Shown in pieces: positions 36,201-48,573 of a DNA stretch of 64,000 bases. A program made the translations under genes and the position numbers. The first letter of the stretch is position 1; the number at the start of each line of letters is the position of its first letter. This DNA comes from Selaginella moellendorffii (lineage: Eukaryota > Plantae > Lycopodiophyta). The stretch is from assembly GCF_000143415.4 (NCBI RefSeq), contig NW_003314285.1, forward strand, positions 1,933,013 to 1,997,012, read 5' to 3'. Under the pieces are notes generated by a model that was not told the origin of the DNA, made no database searches, and saw only the letters and a list, made by a program, of their open reading frames with translations.

Positions 36201-39200
36201 ATGGAGCGCCAGTCCTTTTTGTTATGAAAAAGGATGGAACCATGAGGATGTGTATTGACTATCGGGCACTCAACAAGATCACGGTTAAAAACAGTTATCC
36301 TTTGCCTCGCATTGATGACTTGTTTGACCAACTCTTAAAGGCTAAGTATTTTACGCGACTTGATTTGCGGTCCGGGTATCATCAGATACGGGTGGCAGGT
36401 CAGGATGTGGAGAAGACAGCCTTTAAGACTCGGTACGGATCTTATGAGTTTCTTGTCATGCCATTCGGGTTATGCAATGCTCCGGCAACATTTAGCACTA
36501 TGATGGATAGAATATTCGGAGATTGTTTGGACGCATTTGTTGTCCTATATATCGACAATGTTCTTGTCTTTAGTGAGACGTTGGAGGATCATTTGAAACA
36601 CTTGGAGCTGGTGTTTCAGAAGTTGCGCGAACATAAACTATATGCTAAGGAAAGTAAATGTGCTTTTGGACAATTGCGTGTAAACTTTCTCGAACATATA
36701 GTTGGTGGTGGCGTGATTGAGGTCGATCCAAAGAAGGTGGAAGCGGTGAAGTCCTGGGAAGTCCCAACCACTGTATCAGATGTTCGTTCCTTTCTCGGTT
36801 TGGCGGGATACTATCGCAAGTTTGTCCGCAATTTTGCAAGAATTGCTCTTCCGTTGACTGAGTTGACGAAGAGTAATATTCCGTTTCATTGGACACCAGC
36901 TTGTCAGCGTGCTTTTGTACGATTGAAGGAGATCTTGACTACGGTTCCTGTTCTCAGGATACCAGATCTTGATAAACCCTTCGAAGTGCATTGTGATGCA
37001 TCTGGCTATGCTATTGGTGCTATGTTGCAGCAAGATTGTGATAAAGCGGTTGGTGTTATGCTAAGGTGACATGGTTGTCCCGTTGCATTCTATTCCAAGA
37101 AATTGGATGAAACTCAACGAAGATGGCCAACGCATAAGAAAGAGATGTTTGCTATAGTGTCGGCCTTGGAACACTGGAGACACTACTTGGGTGGACATAC
37201 CAAGGTTTATATAAATAGTAACACACTGAGCTACTTTGCTACGCAGCCTAAGCTTACGCCGAAGCAGGCTCGTTGGCAAGAGAAGCTTGCTAGATATGAT
37301 ATTGAAATCATATATAAACTTGGTAAGGACAATATTGTTCCGGACGCGTTGAGTCGTCAGGCTCAGTTCCGGGCAATATCGGCAATCAGTTTGGACTGGT
37401 TGGAGGACATTCAGACTTCGTATGGAAGTGATTCATTAGCGAAGGCAATCTTGTGCCGTGTGGGGTTGTTGAAGCAGAGCCCTGGTAGCGAAGCAGCAAA
37501 AGTTGCTAGTCGCACTAATGCGAAGCTTCACTTCTCAGTTCGGGATGGGCTTATATTCTATAAGCAAGAAAGATTGTATCTTCCCTCTAAGGATCTTCAG
37601 CAGTTATTTCTGCGGGAACATCATGATGTTCCAGCAGCGGGACATGGTGGATAGTGAAAGACTTTGGCTTCGTTGAAAAAGGGATTTTTCTGGTCTAGTA
37701 TGGAAGGTGATGTAGCGGATTATGTCCGTTCTTGTCCTATATGCCAGCAATGTAAGCGCAGAACTGAGAAGCAGGCTGGAAAGTTGCAGTGCATTCCAGC
37801 ACCGGCATGGCCATTTCAAAGTGTGACGCTTGATTTTGTCACTTGTTTGCCAAAGTCTAAGGGTTATGATACTTTGATGGTGGTTGTGGATTGGTTGTCG
37901 AAGATTTCACACTTCATTCCAACTGTGGGAACAGTAAATGCGAAACAAGCAGCAAAGCTCTTTTTCCATGAAGTAGTGCGAGTTCGTGGTCTTCCTGAAG
38001 AGATGATCTCAGATAGAGATTCGAGGTTTACGGGGAAGTTTTGGGGAACACTGTTCCAGTTGTTCAGTACCAAATTGAAGTTTAGTACGGCTTATCATCC
38101 TCAGACTGATGGGCAGACCGAACGTGTGAATGCTCAAGTTGAGGATTATCTGCGGTACTATGTCGCGGCGGACCAACGTGACTGAGTTGAGCATTTGGAT
38201 ACAGCAGAAATCTGTTATAACAACACATTTCACAGCGCTATTGGCTGTTCTCCATGGGAGATGCTGCAAGGAAATGCTCGTAGGGTTCCTCAACAGATTG
38301 TTGTACCGAAACCAATGACCGAAGTGTTGGTCCTAGCCGTTGAGACTTATGCGGAGCAGCTACGCCAAGGTTGGTCTCGGGCTACTGAGGTGATGGGCAA
38401 AGCTCAGGATAGGTATCGACGTGATAAGGATCGGCATCGTCGGGATGTATCCTATCAAGTGGGAGATCAGGTGTGGCTATCTTCCTGGAACTTGAACATT
38501 AAGGGATCTTTATCTCAGAAGCTCTTGCCGAGATATGTTGGACCCTATCGGGTGTTGAAAAGACTTGGTGATGTATCCTATCAGTTGGATATTCCAGAAG
38601 AGATGTCCAGCCTTCATGATGTGTTTCATGTCAGTTTACTGGCCCCATATCATGAGGATCCTAGCCGCTCTAGGTATGTTCGTCCAGCTCCGGATGTTAT
38701 TGATGGTGAACCGGAGTATGAGGTTGAGGCCATCCTTTTGTCTCGTAAGGCATGTGGTGGTCGTGTGAAGGAATATCTAGTTCAGTGGAAAGGTTACCCG
38801 ACTTGTGAATCAACTTGGGAACCTCTTAGTAATCTTGTACATGCCCGTGAGCTTGTCATGGAGTATGAGAATAGTAATAAAAAATAGCTGTTGTAAATCT
38901 TGTAATAAATCTTGCAAATTAATAAAGTAAAATATTTCTATAACTCAAAGTGTCGTTTCTCTCGATCATTTGTACTTGGGTCAGTTTTGGCAGGCTGACT
39001 TCGGCACTTCGGTGCATGGGTCCAATCCATAACCATGGAGATAACTATTATAGACTGATCACAAGTCCCCGCCTCTCTCTCGATGACTCGTTTTCGAAAA
39101 GGGGCGTGGTCGTGTAAACAACTTCTTCTGCCAGTTTATAATAGTTGTCTAAATCTTCCCGACGGGGTTGATTTCTTGCTCAAGGGCAGTCGGGCCTCTG

Positions 39201-40424
39201 GCCTTCTCCCTATATCCCTATGGGCAGGGATGTATCATTCCTTTGTAAGCCGAGTGGTACTCGGAGCAGCAAGGGTGGCTAACTCCGTTGGTCATTTCCT
39301 TGTCAGCGACGGCTGCAGAGTGTCTGAGTCTTAGCGTCTTTAGACATAAAGGAGAGGTCGTTCCATAACTCATTTAAGTCAGTGCATTTCCCACATAGTG
39401 TGCTTTCCGTTAACTTTCGGGGTTGTTTCCTTGACGGTTTGCTAGACTCAGGTATGCATCGACGAGGACGTCGATCTTCCCCAAGGGGAGGAGAGTGTCG
39501 CGAATGTGACTTCAGGTATCGAAAGATACTTGTCGGCTAGTACTTACGAACTCTCTCTCCTTACTGCCACGACGGCAGGAGGTCGGTACTGCTGGTTCCC
39601 TTTATGGTCTCCGCCCAAGCTAGTTGAGAAACTGGTCAGCACATGTGCACTTAGACCGGAAGGGCACTAAGGAAGGAAATCCTAAGTTGTCATTAAGCCA
39701 AGCATACTTAACACGGTGATGAGAAACTTATGATGTTGACTTGCACTTGCTAGTGTTGGGAACCCCTGCGATATTGAGACTAGTCCCTCAATATTCACTA
39801 GATGATAGCTTACCGTGTTTGCCAAACACCTTCGCTATCACACCCTTTGTGTTAGTCTCGTTTCAGTCCCAAATGCTATTTATGGAAAGTGTCTAGATTC
39901 ACTCATTTGGCATATCTACGGAATGTAAAGGTCAGCTTGAACACAATGGTGTTCGTCCCGTGTCCAAATTCGCAATCTAAGGCTATTCCATATTTAGTAA
40001 TTTTTAAACTTGTCCCAGAGACTAACTCCTGGTACTAAGGGAGGCTTGGGGTGAAAGCCCAAAGCGTGTGTCCCTCAAGGGGGGGGGGGGGGGGGCTGTG
40101 GGGGGTTCCAAATGTATAGTAGGGATAGTGGTTGGAATGCATGTCCGACCACCTGAGACATTAGTTTGGCTCCCGCTGGGCTGTGTCGCTCCTTGTTCTG
40201 CGTCCGGCTTGGGTCTAAGCCCAAGCTCCACGCTGCTCTAGTCGGTGGAGTACCCTCCTCCTCGCGTTAGGCCACCGGTATGCCAAAATTGTGCCAGACT
40301 TCGTCTGACACCATTTTGCGTGTAGGTGCTGGATACGGGGAGCTAGTGCTCGTGGGATTGTACCGGACCCTCGTTTCGTAGCGCAACGAGCTTGGAGTTC
40401 GGCTCCAAATTCAGGTGCGCTACA
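33266..40424 (+). mobile_element. Full-length Ty3/gypsy chromovirus LTR retrotransposon, nested, with 5-bp TSD GTCGT
   Basis: TSD at 33261-33265 and 40425-40429; LTRs 33266-33982 and 39496-40424 (TG...CA); PBS TGGTATCAGAG (iMet) at 33985; PPT AAGGGGAGGAGAG 39483-39495. Confidence 0.97.
34158..38887 (+). pseudogene. gag-pol of the chromovirus (Gag, CCHC knuckle, protease, RT, RNase H, integrase, chromodomain) broken by stops and frameshifts
   Basis: [44 protein letters not shown] (for YIDD), CDAS, HPQTDGQTER, GPY, YLVQWKGYPTCESTWEP. Confidence 0.95.
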
Positions 40425-40484
40425 GTCGTAGACTAAAGGATCCCTGAAAGCATGACCAAAATGACAGGGAGTTCATCAGATGGG

Positions 40485-40826
40485 ACCGAGTCTAAGATCG
40501 AGTCCAAGACCGACTCTAAGACCAAGTTCGAGATAGAGTCCGGGATCGAGTTCGAGGCCGACTCGGAGACCGAGTTCAAGACCGAGTTCGACACTGAGTT
40601 CTAGATAGAGTCTGAGATCTGAGATCGGGTCTGAGGTAGTTCGAGACAGAGTCCGAGTCTGAGGTAATTCGAGATAGAGTCCGAGATCTAAGATCGGGTC
40701 CAAGACCGAGTCCAAGGTCGAGTCCGAAGTCGAGTCCGAGATCGGGTTCGAGATCAAGTCTGAGATCGAGTCTGAGACCAAGTTTGAAGTCAGGTCCGAG
40801 ATCGAGTCCAAGACCGAGTCCGAGTA
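40485..40826. repeat. Degenerate tandem array of 6/12-mers (GAGTCCGAGATC-like) in the 3' UTR of the host retroelement
   Basis: Repeated GAGTCC/GAGATC/GAGACC/GAGTTC hexamers. Confidence 0.85.
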
Positions 40827-41599
40827 CTTCTCCCGGGGGGGGGGGACTGCAGGGGGTTCCAAATATATAGTAGGGATAGTGAGGTCCAAGAACCAATCTT
40901 GAAAGAACTCTCTAGTAGTGCTTCCAAACTAACTTGAGGTAGAAACTAGGGTTGAGGGGCCTTGGGTGGGAGTGAGCATGGACTCGGGTGGTGCCAGAGG
41001 GGAAGTGTTCAAGAGCAGCTCCCACTCCCGAAAGGGAAATCAATTGTAGTGCTCCCAGCTCATGTGGAGTGGTGCCCCACTTGAGTACCTTGTGGCTCAT
41101 TAGTCCTCACCCTTCCTAGGGGCTTGGACTTTCCCTTCGGGATGGAAGTTCGGGGGGGGGGGGGTAGAGGTACCCATACCAGGCCATTAGGCCATGGTGT
41201 TTCGCCCCGGTGTCCCGAAGCAAGTGTTGCACCTAAGGTTTGGGATTTAGAAGATCCTATGATCAAGTCTTGTTGTACCAAGGGATGTTAAGAACCTGGA
41301 GGCTTGGTATGTTTGGCTGCTTATGCCTGCGAGGAGTGTAGCCGAACCTTAAGTCTAGTCTAACCTGAGAAGGGGGATTGGGAGAGATTTGGGAATCCGT
41401 GGATGAATGGCTAACGCTCCGTTGCTCGTGCAGTAGCTGAAACCAAGTAGGACCAAGTAGGAGCTGGTACAGTAGGTAAGAACCTTGGCGAGGGAACTTA
41501 GCAAAAGCCAAGGCAGTGGTGGTTTGATAGACGAGGTAAGCTGGCAAATTGGAAAGGAAAAATTTGTAGTTTACATAATAATGAAGTAATTACAATATG

Positions 41600-44030
41600 A
41601 TCACCTTCTAGTAACATCTAAGAACCATGTAGATATGCATGAAGTTTTTCAAAACCCCAATGTGCTACTAAACACTTCTTTTTTGTTGTGGAGTAGTTCA
41701 CCTCCACTAGTTATAATATACGATTTATATATGCAATAGGATGGCATTGACCAAACACACTCGGGCTCTCTTGCATTAATATACATCCAAAACCAATATT
41801 AGAAGCATTTACATGCAAAATGAAATGTCAAGTATAATCAAGATATGCTAAAATAGGAGGAGTCGTCAATAACTCTTGAGATCCATAAACGTTAATTTAT
41901 AATCCACAGACCATATGAAAGATGATGTTGACAACTTTAGCAACACTCGTAATGATGCACAACAAAACAACCGAGATACTGCATCTTGCCTAAGAAGCAT
42001 TATATATCATTCACACACTTTAAAATAAGGAACTTTAGAATAACCACAAGTTTGTCAAAATTAATTTGCAAACCCTCACAAGAAATACAATACCCAAAAT
42101 AAGTCGCGTCTTTAGACCTAAATATGCACTTTGAGTGCTTCAGCTTTAAACCAACTTTCCATAGTCGATGTAACACCTTATGAACATCATAAACATGCTC
42201 TTCCCACATACCCTCCAAGTGGATCAAAACATCATTAATGAAGTCAGCAATCACATTAGGCATATTACAAAGAACCTCATCCATCATTTACTGGAAAGTT
42301 GCTAAAAAAACCAAATGGCATCACTAAAAACTTGTATAAACCAAATAATATATAAAAAATAGTCTTAAGAATATCTTCTTTAGCCATCGGTACTTGTCAA
42401 TAACTAAAAGCAAGATTTAATTTGGTGAATTAACAACTTCTCTTTAGACAATTTAAAAGATTAGTAGTGTGAGGAAGAGGATAGACATCCAGGATTGTCA
42501 CTTTGTTTAACAGATGATAATCGATTTAGAAACAAATACTCTCATCAACCTTCATCATAAGATGAGGTTTACATGCCCAAGGATTTCACAACTTTTGAAT
42601 AACACCTTTTTCTAATATCTTCTTAATGTTTACATGTAAAATTTTAATTTTTTTGGGTGATCGACGACACAAAAGAACCTTAATTGGACGAGCATCCTCA
42701 ATTGGAATAGGATGATAAGTTACAATCTTGGCCTCAGACGACAGGTCAAATTTAAAGAGATCGGCATACTCCTTCATGAGGTAGTAAACCACTACAACAT
42801 AAAGACTATTGGAAGGATCAGAAAAGGGAAGAGAAGAACAAAATAGAAACATAAGAGGAAGTAATAAGGAGACAAAGTGATGGAAGCAGAAGTAAAACTA
42901 GATGGACAAAAAGGAATATAAATAAAAGGAATGGAAAAAATAAAAGGAATTATAGATAAACTTCAAAGTCACACTTGGCATAATTGCGCCACAACAATCT
43001 ATACCAAGGATGAGGTTAAAAGATTAATTTGGCACCACCCACAATGACTGCAACTCAAGCTTGAAATTGCCCACATATACAACTAAGTATACCTCATCCT
43101 GTGCACATATATACGTACGGCCATTGTTATAAAGAATGAAAATTGGCTCTACCACACAATGTAAATATAAATGGCAATATGTGGCAATAGGTTAAGCAAT
43201 AGAAGATAACTCAAACCTAAATCAACTAACACATAGAGAATAATAAAAGACTTTTTGTTATAAAAACAAGCTTAGATGAACTAGTGCCAAGTGAGCCCCT
43301 TGATGATACTCCTGAAAGAAAGATAAAATGGTCACTAACTTATTCGAGTAAAGTCCTTTTGTTACTCGCATGACTCTTCATTTCCCAGATGCAACTCGGT
43401 GTCCAGCCTTTCCACTGTAACAACACCAATAGAACATTGTTAATGCCAAGGTCTTCATTCGGGAAATGGAGGTCACCAATCCAAAAAATGCCGACAACGC
43501 TGATAAGTGTGACTAACTTTATCATATGCCCAACAATAAACATTATGGCTACGTCCTCACCCTTGTCCTTGAACTCAAGCAGTAGCATCAACCTCCATTA
43601 GAACAGAACCATCTCCCATAGGAAGTGGAGCTAAAGGACGTGCAACAAGAAGTGGAAGAAATAATGTTTTATAATGTTGTGCCAAATAAAAGGTATTATC
43701 AAGGGTGGCTGAAGCAAGTGCATACACAAGTCCTATAAGATCTTAACAAAGTGTTGGCCACAACATTCCCAACTTAATTTACTTTAATATATTTGGTTTT
43801 GCACAAAGCAAGAGGCTTTAGAAACAAAAGCCAAATTGCATCATGGACTTATATGTCCCTTGACAAAGACGATGTAATTGTTGAAAAGCATCATCACAAT
43901 CGTTAACATATCCAATTGTGCCCTTGAAGACATCCGGGAGAATGCTCAAATTCTCACGAGTGACTGCACTCAAACCATTGTACCATTGTAGTGCTGTCCC
44001 TTGGAGACACATGGGAAACTCACGGCCCGA
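41600..44030 (-). mobile_element. Highly decayed Ty3/gypsy gag-pol relic
   Basis: RT-like ADFINDVLIH...HKVLHRLWKVGLKLKHSKCIF, HPIPIEDARPIK; Gag-like CLQGTALQWYNGL. Confidence 0.75.
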
Positions 44031-44574
44031 GTTCTTCTGTAGGAATCTTGGGGATGATATGTACTATTAGTTCGATCACTTTACGGTGATTGCTATATAT
44101 CATTCTTGGAATAATGCAGGAGGAGCTATACCACACACCATGAATGTTTCTATCAACTAAGTTTAATTGTTCAATTGCAACTATATAGCATTGAGAAATT
44201 ACATTAACTGTTGCTCCATAGTCAAAGGAGGAGGAGATTACTACTCTGCCATGAAGATGAACGAAAAGAAAAGTGCAAAAGAGAAGTTGAGAAAAGTTAT
44301 AAAAAAAATTGAAGATTTAAACAATGCAAAAGCTAAATCTAAACCAAAATCCCAAATCCTAACACTCCTCAAGGACAATTAAAATTACCCTTCATCTCCA
44401 CCAATATGAGTGTATGGAATATGAAAAGAGAATACAGAAATGTGCATATCAATTAACCCAAAGACCCTAATTTATTGTAATGCACCCCCCTTTAAACTAA
44501 TTGGAAGAGGGGCAATTGTTGATAAAAGAGCCTTTAATAGTTATTTTATTCCCATTTATCCAAGGATTCACGAT

Positions 44575-45390
44575 GACAATATATTTAAATTTCATTCTAT
44601 GATCACATGTGTTACACTCACCCCCCCTTTCAGAGATATTAATCTCTTCCATATTTCCATATTGAATATACCAATCCTTCCATTGTGTAGATTAGTTATT
44701 CCATGTAGTATATCTAAATCTCATCTTATGATCACATGTGCTACACTCACCGCCCCTTTCAAAGATGTTAATGTCTTCCATATTTCCACATTAAATCTAT
44801 TAATCCTTCTATTGTATAGATTGGTTATTCCATGCTATTGTGGGGAATTAACACCTCCATTTTCACAATATCTATTGACTAACAACCCCTCCATTTCCAC
44901 ATTCCATGTAGTATATCTAAATCTCATCGTATGATCATAATGTGCTACACTCACCCCTTCTTTCAGAAATGTCAATGTCTTCTAGATTTTCACATTGAAT
45001 TTACCAATCCTTCTATTATGTAGACTAGTTATTCCACAATATCTATTGACTAACAACCCTTCCATTTCCACATTCTATACAGTATCTTTAAATCTCATTC
45101 TATGATCACACGTGCTACACTCAACTCCCCCCCCCTTTCAAAGATGTCAGTGTTTTCCATATTTCCACATTGAATCTACCAATCCTTTCAAAGATGTCAA
45201 TGTTTTCCATATTTCCACATTAAATTTACCAATCTTTTCATTGTATAGACTAGCTATTCCATGTGTCTATTGACTAATAACCCTCCATTTCCATATTGAA
45301 TCTATCAATCCTTCTATTGTGTAGACTAGTGAGCTAATAACCCCTTCATTTCCACATTGAATCTATCAATTCTTCCATTGTGTAGATTAG
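44575..45390. repeat. Degenerate tandem repeat (~130-210 bp units)
   Basis: Recurring TATGATCACATGTGCTACACTCACCCC...CCATATTTCCACATTGAATCTACCAATCCTTC...GTAGA(T/C)TAG blocks. Confidence 0.85.
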
Positions 45391-45952
45391 TGAGGTAATT
45401 AGTCATCCATTTGTACTTTCGTTTGTGGATGCTTCACAAAAGAGGAAGGACATACACATAAATGCTTAATATATATAATTGTAAATTTAAGGGTAGGAAT
45501 ATACTTTGTTTAAGGGTATATTATATTTTTAAGTAGCCAATAATTAATAGGAATCGAACCCATGCCATTTGTTTATTTACTATATATAACACACCCTATC
45601 TCTTTTTTAAACCATTTGGAAAAAGAGCAATTACTTGATTTATCCCCCAAAGTTTTAAAGATCCATAGTGATAGTATATTCAAATTTCATCCCATGATCA
45701 CACATTTATATATAGGAGCAAGTGGTCTAAATTGAAATCAATTCGACGACTACCAAAATCTAACAATTATATAATATTAGTAGTTGTACATTTGAACTTC
45801 ATATTATGAAAATGCATATCTATATTTACTAGTAAATTGAATGGACTTTTTATTATTAGATTCTTTAAAAAAATAACAGCTTGTTGTTGAAGCTTTTAAT
45901 AACAAGAATATCCTTTTTCCATATATTCTTTGGTACTTTCCACAAGAGTTCT

Positions 45953-47038
45953 CTAAATGACATAATCAGACCACGAGGAGATGAAAGAAGTGTGATCCAT
46001 AGTCTCACTGGGAATGTCCTTAAGCTTGGTGGGCTTGAGCTTCCCTCCCACAAGCCTGGCCGGATTCCCCACAGCAGTTGTGTGTGGAGGAACCTCGATC
46101 AGCACGACCGACCCAGCTCCAATCTTGGCTCCCTCGCCAATCCTCACGGGCCCCAGGATGATCGCCCCGGCCCCGATCAACACCCCGTCACAAATCTTTG
46201 GGTGGCGATCACCACCCATGGCGCCAGTCCCGCCCAGCGTCACATTGTGTAGGATAGAAACGTTGTTGCCAATGGTGGCGGTCTCGCCAACCACGAGCCC
46301 GGTAGCGTGGTCGAAGAGCACGCCTCGCCCAATCTTGGCGGCGGGATGGATGTCTACATGGAACACCTCGGACACCCGGCTCTGGAGCGCGAGAGCTAGC
46401 GACTGGCGTCCCTGGTTCCACAGCCGGTGTGAAACTCGGTGCGCCTGGCACGCCAGGAATCCTTTGAAGTTGAGCATGCAGTGCGAGAAGGAGACGCAGG
46501 CCGGATCGCGCTCGCGGACGGCGGCTATGTCGGCCCGGATCGTCTCCCTCATCTCCGCGTCCTCCATGAAAGTGTCGACGAACATGGTGAAGAGCTGCGT
46601 GCTGAGGAGCGTGGAGCTCGAGAGCTTGTTCCCCAGATGGAATGCCAGAGCTCTCTCCAGGGATCTGTGCGCCAGGATGGTGGAGTAGAGGTAGCTGGCC
46701 AGCGCGGGCTCGGCCTCGGCGTCGCGGCGGGCCTCCTCGCGCATTGTCAGCCAGATCTCGTCCACGCCGCCGGCGGCGCCGCCGTTGCTGGTGGCGATCA
46801 TCGTGGCGCCATTGGAAGGGGGCGAGATCTTTCTAGGGTGAGAGGAAGAGGAATGAGAAGGAGCGAGGGAGCTATGGAGTTCTTGATGCTGCTCACCCAT
46901 TTCCCTTTTGACGCTGCTCCCGGCAATCGGCGACGCCAGCGCCGCGCGGCGCGTGACAATCCGGCTCCCAGTCGTGGAGGAATCGGGGGAATCCTTGCGA
47001 GAAATGGGCGGCGTCACTGTGGCGGACGCTGCCGCCAT
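45953..47038 (-). CDS. SAT: Serine acetyltransferase (SERAT), intronless, with an N-terminal extension typical of organellar isoforms
   Basis: EPALASYLYSTILAH, RERDPAC, DIHPAAKIG, DHATG, GDRHPKI hexapeptide region, OAS-TL-binding tail WSDYVI*. Confidence 0.95.
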   Translation of the reverse strand: MAAASATVTPPISRKDSPDSSTTGSRIVTRRAALASPIAGSSVKREMGEQHQELHSSLAPSHSSSSHPRKISPPSNGATMIATSNGGAAGGVDEIWLTMREEARRDAEAEPALASYLYSTILAHRSLERALAFHLGNKLSSSTLLSTQLFTMFVDTFMEDAEMRETIRADIAAVRERDPACVSFSHCMLNFKGFLACQAHRVSHRLWNQGRQSLALALQSRVSEVFHVDIHPAAKIGRGVLFDHATGLVVGETATIGNNVSILHNVTLGGTGAMGGDRHPKICDGVLIGAGAIILGPVRIGEGAKIGAGSVVLIEVPPHTTAVGNPARLVGGKLKPTKLKDIPSETMDHTSFISSWSDYVI

Positions 47039-47153
47039 AGCGCGAGGGCTTGCGCAGGCTGATAATTGTGAGAAGACCTTAAAGGGCCACGTCTGCAGGC
47101 ACACTTGGCAGTGACGTGTCAAACTTTCTCTCTTTTTTCAGCGAAGTGAAGCT

Positions 47154-48573
47154 ATGGCGGCCACGAATGGGTGGGCGCTCTGCTTTGTCAACCCCAGCTC
47201 GATCGTGAAAGCGCGCAGAAGATTCTTGGCTCGTGCTGGCGAAGCAGCGGACGTTGACAGGGAGGAGCTCGCGGCAAAGGTAATGTCTAAGAAATCGATT
47301 GCAAGGCTCCAACTTCGATTGGATTGGATTGGATTGTTTATCGATAAAAAATGTAGCTCGCAGCTGCTCAAGCCGAAGCACAGATTTTGAGGAAGGAGCT
47401 AGCGAAGAGAAAGGAGGTGGATCTTGCCAAGCTAAAACCCGCGGTTCCTGATAAGCGAGTGGATGGAACTGGCTACCGCGAAACTCTTCTCAGTGTTCCA
47501 GGTGAGAAGAAAGCAAAAGAGTTTTGAGCTAAAGTTTCTTAAAGCTGGCGCTTTCAAGTGAACAGGGGAGGGAGAGAAGCCCGAGGAGTGGGGATTGACA
47601 GAAGCCAAATTGCAAGAAGAAGAGGAAGTGTTTGAAGAAGATTCTCAAGAGAAAAAAGAAGAAGACGAGGGAAACGAGAATGCGACCGTTTACAGACGTC
47701 TTTTGATTGGTGTTGGATTGTCAGTTGTTGCAATCGGCCTTGCTTTTGTAAGTGTTTTTTTTCCTTCTCTCTTGCTGTAAAATGAAAGTTTTCTCTAGTT
47801 TCAGTTCAAGCCTCCACCGGGACTTATCAAGCCTCCAAAACCTTTGGTGTTTTATGTCTTGCGGATCTTGCAGCTCAAACAACAGCTCATAGACTTGGAA
47901 GCATCCACTTCAGGTTGATCTTTCATTTGATTTTTTTATTTTTTATTTTTTTTCCGTCTTGATGGTTCTTCGTTGTAGATACAAAGACAGTGCTTGCACA
48001 ATTAGAGCAAATCTACAGATCAGCTGGTGACTGGAAAGATAACTGTCTAAGGTACCAACATATCCATCACAAGTTGAATGGTATGTGTTCTTACTCTTGC
48101 TTGCTAAATTCCAGTGCTGCTGCTTGGCTTGATGGAGATGCTGCAGACAAGGCCTCGTCTCTAGCTTACTCCATCTATGATTATCTCCAGCAGGTATTTT
48201 CAACACTATTTTCTCGTCATCTCTGACTCTCTTGTCACGCCACAACAGGCTCAGTACAACAATTACTTTGATGCTATTGGCCAACCTTCCGAGGCTGCCC
48301 AGTAAGCCAAAAGCTCGTTTTTTACGGTTTTTGTTTCATACCCAACTTTGGTTTTTGTTGCTCAGGCTTGAGTTTGTGCGATTCAGTCTGCAGTCCACAA
48401 AGGTGCTTTACTTTTTGCAAAAAAAAAAAAGAAGAAGAAGAAGAAAACTTGTAAACAAATTTTTTTATGATTTGTCACAGGCTGCCCGCGATCTTATTCA
48501 AGAGTTCCTGTCTTATGTGCCGACGGAGACACTGAGAGAGGCTCAAATGAATCAAAACGCTTTGCTGCAATAA
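47154..48573 (+). CDS. Uncharacterised multi-exon protein, probably plastid/thylakoid-targeted (transit peptide, coiled coil, one TM helix, helical C-terminal domain)
   Basis: GT-AG exons splice to MAATNGW...ARRRFLARA...EAQILRKEL...RRLLIGVGLSVVAIGLAF...PKPLVFYVLRIL...AAAWLDG...QEFLSYVP...NALLQ*. Confidence 0.7.

Larger units (their letters stand above)
31225..41546 (+). mobile_element. Older, internally deleted Ty3/gypsy chromovirus (host of the nested element)
   Basis: Direct repeats ~31225-31675 and ~41075-41520; decayed integrase ([22 protein letters not shown]) and chromodomain (VKWKGFPHYEATWEP) at 31720-32800; G-tract PPT 40835-40846 followed by TG at 40848; ends approximate. Confidence 0.75.

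Noticed and set aside
37037-37072. 36-nt in-frame insert with a stop in RNase H, starting TG
   Set aside because: Too short for an element and partly echoes the adjacent upstream sequence; likely repair filler.
40476-40896. ORFs with SDSI/LGLD periodicity
   Set aside because: By-product of the hexamer tandem array in a retroelement UTR.
44575-45390. Possible CRISPR-like repeat/spacer array
   Set aside because: Units are long, degenerate and contiguous without unique spacers; eukaryotic context with no cas genes.
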